Source of the DNA: Leptolyngbya sp. BL0902
GTDB lineage: Bacteria; Cyanobacteriota; Cyanobacteriia; Phormidesmidales; Phormidesmidaceae
Reading direction: 5' to 3'
Length of the DNA stretch: 32,000 bases
Assembly: GCF_016403105.1 (NCBI RefSeq)
Contig: NZ_CP046155.1
Coordinates: 2,353,906-2,385,905 of the forward strand
The notes under the pieces were generated by a model, which was not told where the DNA came from, did no database searches, and saw only the letters and a program-made list of their open reading frames with translations. The position numbers and the translations under genes are program-made. Positions 26,263 to 32,000 of the stretch are shown piece by piece; within the stretch, counting starts at the first letter, position 1, and each line of letters opens with the position of its first letter.

Positions 26263-26785
26263 GGCACATACGGACAAAGAGAACAACCTTTCCTCAATAT
26301 GCCCCTATCCCTGGGTGAAGTTTGACATTGGTCGTAGAAAGTTAATCAACCCTATAGGCGATGCTTCCCCAGTCTAGGCAGAGATCCACCGCTTGCCCTA
26401 AAAGGTCACTGCATCTACTACCAGCGTTACTATCATCGAAAGAATCAGGGCAAAGACTGAAGGGATCATCCACCATAGGTTTACGAGGGGCTGGTGCCTG
26501 CGCTGTTTGAGGCGTTGTGAACAGGAACTTAAACAAAGGGATAAAGCTCTGATTTGTCCAGCGTCGCTCTCTGCTAGTGCTCTCCTGTTGATGGAGAGAA
26601 AAACAAATTCCCCGTTGCTTCGTTGACGCGAATAGTCATATTTTTCAACCAAAATAATTTGACTGTTGAGATTCAGGCTGCGAGCCACCTACTTTCCAAC
26701 TAGGGTTGCTTGCTAATCAGATATTATCAGTAGCTAATCTTCAGACAGCTTTTAAGTCCATGATCACAATTATTTGTAAGATGCA

Positions 26786-26843
26786 TTTCGACTTCGCTCA
26801 ATGCCCACCCGCCAAGTAGCCAGAGGGTTGAGCGTAGTCGAAA
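26786..26843. repeat. Long imperfect hairpin (16-nt arms, 15/16 paired, 26-nt loop)
   Basis: tttcgacttcgctcaa (26786-26801) pairs with ttgagcgtagtcgaaa (26828-26843). A perfect 12-nt palindrome aacattaatgtt follows at 26853-26864. Confidence 0.7.
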
Positions 26844-27389
26844 CCCAGAGCCAACATTAATGTTAATTTAGCCATTCTACTTACCATAGGCTTTCAAGAC
26901 TTACAGCCTCACCGCAACTGTAGAGCCTTCTCTAGGAGACTTCGCCAGAACCACTCCGTCAGGGGGGATGCTCATAAACGGTAACAGCGGATACATTGTC
27001 GCCACGGTCAGGCTGCAAAAGGTAACAACTCGTTAACATGACCTAAAGAGATTCTAGGGTTTTGGGGAGGCTCTAAAATCTGGGCTTTATAGTAGGTTGT
27101 TGCTATTTGCATTGCAGAGTTTTTCTCGATCCATTAGCCTAGTGAAGACCGATTTGGTGTTAGAACATTATGCCAAAGGTGTGCTGAGCAAGTTGATCAG
27201 CAAAGAAGAGTGGGTTGTTTTTTCAAACTTTATAGGTATTGGCTATATTGGCTTTTCTCGTATGGATATTTTCGTGATATGCATCGGATTAGTTTCATCA
27301 TGGCGCATGGCTTCGCTTTGGCGGCAGCCGCGCTTTGGCGTTATGCACCCTGTGCATGACCTTTAATTAGCACCTTCAGGACAAACACC

Positions 27390-28874
27390 ATGGGAAAACC
27401 GACGGGCTTTATGGAATATCTGCGGGAAGTGGCGCAAGAGGTGGCCCCCGCTGATCGGATTCGTAATTGGGACGAATTTCACCTGGCCATGCCGGAGGAC
27501 AATTTGCGTACCCAGGGCGCACGGTGTATGGATTGTGGCACGCCCTTTTGCCATACGGGCATCACCATCAGCGGCATGGCCAGCGGTTGCCCGATTAACA
27601 ATTTGATTCCCGAATGGAACGATTTGGTCTATCGCGGCCTGTGGGAAGAAGCCCTAGAGCGGCTGCACAAAACCAACAATTTCCCGGAATTTACCGGGCG
27701 CGTCTGTCCGGCCCCTTGCGAGGGTTCCTGCGTGTTGGGCATCACCAGCCCCCCGGTGACGATTAAGAACATTGAGTATTCCATCGCCGAAAAGGGTTGG
27801 GAATCGGGCTGGATTACCCCCACCCCGCCAAAGCAGCGCACGGGCAAAAAGGTGGCGGTGATTGGCTCTGGCCCTGCGGGGTTGGCGGCGGCGGCGCAGC
27901 TTAATTCGGCGGGCCATTGGGTGACAGTGTACGAGCGGGCAGACCGTCCCGGTGGGCTGCTGATGTACGGCATCCCCAACATGAAGCTGGACAAGAAAGA
28001 GGTGGTGCAGCGGCGGCTGGATGTCCTCGAAGCGGAGGGCGTCACCTTCGTTTGCAATACCGAAGTGGGCAAAGACATCGCCGCCGAAACCCTGATGCAG
28101 GACTTTGATGCGGTGCTGCTCTGCACGGGTTCCACCCAGCCGCGAGACCTGCCCATTGAAGGCCGCGAGTTGCAGGGCATCCACTTTGCCATGGAGTTTT
28201 TGACCGAAAACACCCGTACCGTCCTGGATGGCCAGCCGACTCCAGGATTCATTCCGGCGGCGGGTAAGGATGTGGTGATCATCGGCGGCGGCGACACCGG
28301 GACGGACTGCGTGGGCACCTCCATTCGCCATGGCTGCAATAGCGTCACCCAGGTGGAAATTATGCCCCAGCCGCCGGAAACCCGCGCCGCCAACAACCCC
28401 TGGCCGGAATGGCCCAAGGTCTACAAGATGGACTACGGCCAAGAGGAAGCCGCCGCCCAGTTTGGGGCCGATCCCCGCACCTACCTGACCACGGCGACGA
28501 AGTTCGAGGGCGACGAAAACGGCCATGTCAAAGCCGTTCACACCGTCCAAATTCAGTGGGGCAAGGATGAAAACGGGCGCTTTGTGCCCCAGCCCATCCC
28601 CGACACCGAGAAGGTCGTCCCCGCCCAATTGGTGCTGTTGGCAATGGGATTCCTTGGCCCAGAACAGCCCCTTATCGACGCCCTAGGTCTTGAAAAAGAC
28701 GCCCGCAGTAACGTCAAAGCCCAGCACGAGCAGTACACGACCTCGATCCCCGGAGTCTTCGCCGCCGGAGATTGCCGCCGAGGCCAAAGCCTGGTGGTGT
28801 GGGCCATCAATGAAGGGCGGGGCGCAGCACGGGAATGTGACCGCTACCTGATGGGCCGTACTGAGCTGCCCTAG
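27390..28874 (+). CDS. gltD: Glutamate synthase small (beta) subunit
   Basis: The N-terminus is [10 protein letters not shown]. Fe-S cysteine clusters are CMDCGTPFC and CPAPCEGSC. Dinucleotide folds are [14 protein letters not shown] and [13 protein letters not shown]. The C-terminal motif is [18 protein letters not shown]. Confidence 0.93.
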   Translation: MGKPTGFMEYLREVAQEVAPADRIRNWDEFHLAMPEDNLRTQGARCMDCGTPFCHTGITISGMASGCPINNLIPEWNDLVYRGLWEEALERLHKTNNFPEFTGRVCPAPCEGSCVLGITSPPVTIKNIEYSIAEKGWESGWITPTPPKQRTGKKVAVIGSGPAGLAAAAQLNSAGHWVTVYERADRPGGLLMYGIPNMKLDKKEVVQRRLDVLEAEGVTFVCNTEVGKDIAAETLMQDFDAVLLCTGSTQPRDLPIEGRELQGIHFAMEFLTENTRTVLDGQPTPGFIPAAGKDVVIIGGGDTGTDCVGTSIRHGCNSVTQVEIMPQPPETRAANNPWPEWPKVYKMDYGQEEAAAQFGADPRTYLTTATKFEGDENGHVKAVHTVQIQWGKDENGRFVPQPIPDTEKVVPAQLVLLAMGFLGPEQPLIDALGLEKDARSNVKAQHEQYTTSIPGVFAAGDCRRGQSLVVWAINEGRGAARECDRYLMGRTELP

Positions 28875-29060
28875 GACTGGCGCGAGTCTGAGGCTCGGTT
28901 TGCAGGGGGTGTGGCATTCGCAGCAATGCCCCCAGCCGCGCCTAGTTCACTGCTGCATGGATGCGTTGAGGCCGAGTTGAAACTTTCTGGGCCTCGATGC
29001 GTCCATTATGGTTGATGATCAAAGCCTGTCACCGTCAGCCACGAGTTTGGGGAAGCCACC

Positions 29061-29618
29061 ATGAAACAACTCTCTCTACTGTCCATGGCTCTCGTGGGAT
29101 CGGGGCTGCTGGGTTTCGCCCCAGCGGCCCTAGCGGCAGAAACCGTGGTGCTGCAATACCGAGGGTTTAGCCGCACCGTGGCCGTGGCCGACCTGGCCAC
29201 CTTAGCCGAAACGGGCGAAGCTCCAGCTAGCTTGGCGGGGATGCTGCGACAGGTGGGCCAGCGACCTGAAACCCTGCAAACCGTGCTGAGCCAACCCCTG
29301 ATGACCGATGTGGTGATGCTGGATAAGGCGTTGAATAGCCTGCCCGGAGAGTGGATGCTCGATCAGGTCAGTCAGGCCATTCGTCCGGTGAGCGGGGAGG
29401 CCAGTCGGCAGGCGCTACGGTCGGCCTTGGTTGCCGCCGCTGATGACGATGGTGAAGTAACGCTTTTGGAAGTCCTCCAAGCCTACCCCACCGAAACCGT
29501 GGTGCTGGAGGTGGATCGCCTTCAGGCCACCTATGAGCGCATGACTACTTTTTTGGAGCCGATTTCCCGCATTTTGGGCACAAACATCCTCGATATTATT
29601 CTCCGGGGCGGGCTTTGA
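29061..29618 (+). CDS. Secreted DUF1400-like protein
   Basis: Signal peptide MKQLSLLSMALVGSGLLGFAPAALAAE, then VVLQYRGFSRTVAVADLATLAETGE...LDKALNSLPGE. This resembles the DUF1400 N-terminal module of cyanobacterial alpha/beta hydrolases, but here it stands alone. Confidence 0.55.
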   Translation: MKQLSLLSMALVGSGLLGFAPAALAAETVVLQYRGFSRTVAVADLATLAETGEAPASLAGMLRQVGQRPETLQTVLSQPLMTDVVMLDKALNSLPGEWMLDQVSQAIRPVSGEASRQALRSALVAAADDDGEVTLLEVLQAYPTETVVLEVDRLQATYERMTTFLEPISRILGTNILDIILRGGL

Positions 29619-29740
29619 ACCCTGGAAGGGCTGCGGTAGGATGATGGCCTGTTCAACAATCCAGTGCTGCCTGAATTTAGGGTGCATGGTCGGCCTGGGC
29701 CAGCCCTAGGGCGGATGTGGTGTTTTCGATTCGGTGCCCT

Positions 29741-30961
29741 ATGGTTTCCCAGCTTCAACGGCTTGTGCCCTGTCCTACTGGCCTGCTTCAGGTGCCGGAT
29801 CTGCCTTCGGAGGAGGGGGCCGCGCCGACCCTGTCTCTCATTATCCCCACCTACAACGAGGGTCAAAACCTAGGGACGTTGCTCAATGCGCTGGTGGCTG
29901 TCCTCGATCCGCTGTTGCCCAACGATTACGAGCTAATTTTGGTGGATGACGACAGCCCCGATCTCACCTGGCGGCAGGGGTTGGCCCTTGGCGAACATCT
30001 GCCCCAACTGCGGGTGATGCGTCGGCAGGGAGAGCGGGGGCTATCTTCGGCGGTAATTCGTGGCTGGCAGGTGGCCCAAGGAAGAATCTTGGGCGTCATT
30101 GATGCCGATCTGCAACATCCGCCGGAGGTGCTGCAAGGGTTGCTGGAAGCGATCCAATCCGGGGCCGACTTGGCCGTGGCCAGCCGCCATGTGGAGGGGG
30201 GCGGCGTTAGCGAATGGAGCTTGGCACGACGGATTCTATCGCGGGGGGCGCAAACCCTAGGGCTACTGATTTTGCCCAGAGTGGTGGGCCGAGTGAGCGA
30301 CCCAATGAGCGGCTTCTTTATGGTGCAGCGTGCAGCCATTGCAGGGCCACGGCTCAACCCCAAGGGCTACAAGATTTTGCTGGAAGTTCTTGGTCGGGGC
30401 ACCATCGACACGATCACCGAGGTGGGCTACGTCTTCCAAGAACGCCAGGAGGGCAGCAGCAAAGTCACCGGGCGGCAATACTTCGACTACATTCACCACC
30501 TGTTGCGGCTGCGGGCTGGGGGCCGTTTGTCTCACCTGCATCGGCGCTTTCCCTGGCAGCGGTTTCTGCGCTTTGGCCTAGTGGGGCTCAGCGGCGTGGT
30601 GGTGGATATGGCCATCCTCTACCTGCTCCACACCACCCTAGGACTACCCCTCACCCGCAGCAAAATTGTGGCGGCGGAAATCGCCATCTTCAATAATTTT
30701 GTGTGGAATGATGCCTGGACCTTTGCCGATGTCAGCCTGCGGCAGCGGGGTTGGCCAGCCCGGTTCAAGCGGTTCCTCAAGTTCAACCTGATTTGCCTCG
30801 GCGGGCTGGTGCTGAATGTGCTGGTGCTGAATCTGGTCTACAACCTGATCTTTGGCCAGCGCTGGGCCTATCTGGCCAACCTGATCGCCATCGGCCTAGT
30901 CACGATTTGGAACTTCTGGCTCAACCTCAAGCTCAGTTGGCGCGTCACCCAGGTGAAATAA
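29741..30961 (+). CDS. Family 2 glycosyltransferase (polyprenol-phosphate sugar transferase-like) fused to a GtrA-like membrane domain
   Basis: LSLIIPTYNE, LILVDDDSPD and IDADLQHPPE are present. The C-terminus has four TM helices (FLRFGLVGLSGVVVDMAILYLL...WNFWLNLKLSW), as in GtrA. ATG 29741 is preferred over GTG 29717. Confidence 0.85.
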   Translation: MVSQLQRLVPCPTGLLQVPDLPSEEGAAPTLSLIIPTYNEGQNLGTLLNALVAVLDPLLPNDYELILVDDDSPDLTWRQGLALGEHLPQLRVMRRQGERGLSSAVIRGWQVAQGRILGVIDADLQHPPEVLQGLLEAIQSGADLAVASRHVEGGGVSEWSLARRILSRGAQTLGLLILPRVVGRVSDPMSGFFMVQRAAIAGPRLNPKGYKILLEVLGRGTIDTITEVGYVFQERQEGSSKVTGRQYFDYIHHLLRLRAGGRLSHLHRRFPWQRFLRFGLVGLSGVVVDMAILYLLHTTLGLPLTRSKIVAAEIAIFNNFVWNDAWTFADVSLRQRGWPARFKRFLKFNLICLGGLVLNVLVLNLVYNLIFGQRWAYLANLIAIGLVTIWNFWLNLKLSWRVTQVK

Positions 30962-31015
30962 GTCCCTGGTCGTCCAACCCTTTCCCCGCCTCCAGCCCGT
31001 TGTTCCGACGGGGAG

Positions 31016-31642
31016 TTACTGGTCAAAGATGGCGGTTTCAAGCTGTTGCAGGGCCGTTTCGAGGTCGTCGTTGATGATCTGCACATCAAATTCGGGGGCG
31101 GCGTCAATTTCCACCTGGGCGCGGGCCATGCGGCGCACAATGGCGTCTTCCGAGTCTTTGCCCCGCAGTCGAATGCGCTGCTCTAGCTCATCCAATGAAG
31201 GGGGCAGCACAAACAACTGAAGCGCCTGAGGAAAGGTGTGCCGCACCTGACGAGCGCCCTCCAGTTCAATTTCTAGGATCAGCCACTCGCCTTCCTCTAG
31301 GTGGCGCTGCACAGCGGCCTTGGGGGTGCCGTAGAAGTTTCCGGCAAACTCGGCCCACTCCAGCAGGTCGCCGTTGTCCACCATCGCTTGAAACTGCTCG
31401 CGGCTAACGAAGTAGTAGTCCTTGCCGTCTACCTCACCGGGGCGGGGGGATCGGGTGGTGGCCGAAATGGAAAGGCCCAGGCTGGGATAGCGCTCCCGCA
31501 AAGCCTTGAGCAGGGTGCCCTTACCCACGCCACTCGGCCCAGTAAACACAATCAGTCGTCCGGTACGAGAACTGGCGATGCTGGGAACATGGTCGAGGGT
31601 GGGCTGATGCAGATTGGGAGAGGGTGGGGTGCTAACGGCCAT
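31016..31642 (-). CDS. gmk: Guanylate kinase
   Basis: P-loop [33 protein letters not shown] and [11 protein letters not shown] are present. Confidence 0.92.
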   Translation of the reverse strand: MAVSTPPSPNLHQPTLDHVPSIASSRTGRLIVFTGPSGVGKGTLLKALRERYPSLGLSISATTRSPRPGEVDGKDYYFVSREQFQAMVDNGDLLEWAEFAGNFYGTPKAAVQRHLEEGEWLILEIELEGARQVRHTFPQALQLFVLPPSLDELEQRIRLRGKDSEDAIVRRMARAQVEIDAAPEFDVQIINDDLETALQQLETAIFDQ

Positions 31643-31748
31643 GGCAATGAGGGTGGGGTAGAACGTGGCAGCAGAGGTGATCGGTGGGGGCTGGGGATCT
31701 GGCGGGGGGACAGAACCAGAAAACCTTCATTCTAAAGAACGACGGGCT

Positions 31749-32000
31749 CTACGCAACAGGTGGGACATCAAATAAAACGGTGGTCATGTAGCGTTCGGCC
31801 CAGGCATCGCCAAAGGCTTTTTCGAGAACGCGGCGGGTTTTGTCGTTTTGCTGTTGTTGGGTGCAGTAGCGTTGTTGTCCGGCCAGAATGGTAGTCGTCA
31901 AGTCTGGAGTAGGCTCGGTGGCCACCGCCTGCTGACAGTGCAGGGTGAGGTAGTCGGCGATGAGCTGAACAAAGGCAGCTTCTTCTTCGGGGCTGGTGGG
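31749..32000 (-). CDS. Hypothetical protein, C-terminal 83 codons (5'-partial, continues beyond window)
   Basis: The minus-strand frame is open from the window edge to TAG (plus-strand cta, 31749-31751): ...EEAAFVQLIADYLTLHCQQAV...RRVLEKAFGDAWAERYMTTVLFDVPPVA*. Codon usage is host-like. It is not in the ORF track because it has no start in the window. Confidence 0.45.
   Translation of the reverse strand, partial: PTSPEEEAAFVQLIADYLTLHCQQAVATEPTPDLTTTILAGQQRYCTQQQQNDKTRRVLEKAFGDAWAERYMTTVLFDVPPVA

Noticed and set aside
26342-26688. Two overlapping minus-strand ORFs upstream of the sensor gene (64 aa at 26342-26536; 96 aa, GTG start, at 26398-26688)
   Set aside because: They are mutually exclusive frames with no RBS, no recognisable motifs and atypical composition, so I cannot choose between them. 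I treated the region as non-coding (see the intergenic-region finding).
26981-26994. NtcA-type box GTAacagcggaTAC (GTA-N8-TAC), about 400 nt upstream of gltD
   Set aside because: The consensus half-sites are present. However, I see no TAN3T -10 element about 22 nt downstream on either strand, and the distance to gltD is large. A 6-nt-specified motif is expected by chance in 32 kb. I kept it only as a note inside the intergenic finding.
27097-27366. 89-aa TTG-initiated ORF just upstream of gltD
   Set aside because: It has a rare start and an odd hydrophobic, low-complexity sequence with no motif. It more likely falls within the gltD promoter or leader region.
1-32000. Search for CRISPR arrays, tRNA/rRNA genes, IS elements, integrases and HIP1 (GCGATCGC) enrichment
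   Set aside because: By-eye scanning of all intergenic stretches found no regularly spaced repeats, cloverleaf-like segments, or transposase- or integrase-like ORFs. I saw no clear HIP1 octamers. tRNAscan-SE, Infernal and ISfinder would be needed for a definitive negative.

Overview
The window looks like chromosomal DNA from a GC-rich cyanobacterium. That inference rests on Ycf51-like and DUF1400-like proteins, a GlgA2-type glycogen synthase, a GOGAT small subunit and C-ending codon usage. About 29 protein-coding genes are supportable, and most are housekeeping: a T1SS ABC/HlyD pair, cysH, puuE, asnS, deoC, glgA, gltD, gmk, an aminotransferase, a GT2-GtrA glycosyltransferase and a large PAS-GGDEF-EAL sensor. 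I found no rRNA, tRNA, CRISPR array, transposase or integrase by eye. The clear accessory region is an AT-rich island at about 17.1-20.3 kb between deoC and glgA. Sampled lines there are about 40% GC, against more than 60% in the flanks. The island carries a RelE/ParE-type toxin-antitoxin pair and a translationally coupled m5C-methyltransferase plus putative PD-(D/E)XK restriction endonuclease. Two structural signals are directly visible. (1) The 3.6-kb segment is bracketed by imperfect 43-nt direct repeats (36/43) made of the glgA ribosome-binding site and first 10 codons, which leaves a 9-codon glgA stub at the left edge. (2) The R-M cassette sits between the intact antitoxin gene and a decayed antitoxin paralog fragment, a 40/42-nt direct repeat. 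A second candidate for something undescribed is a co-directional trio at 6.0-10.8 kb: a 325-aa unknown protein, a PGM1-like ATP-grasp ligase and an alpha/beta hydrolase with a transmembrane hairpin inserted in its fold. Smaller oddities are an SPNGH tandem repeat in the HlyD N-terminus, a TTAGGG-like G-tract block touching the asnS start, a 1.1-kb AT-richer divergent intergenic region upstream of gltD with a long hairpin and palindromes, and a 98-bp convergent gene overlap. All family calls come from motif recognition by eye; no searches were run.
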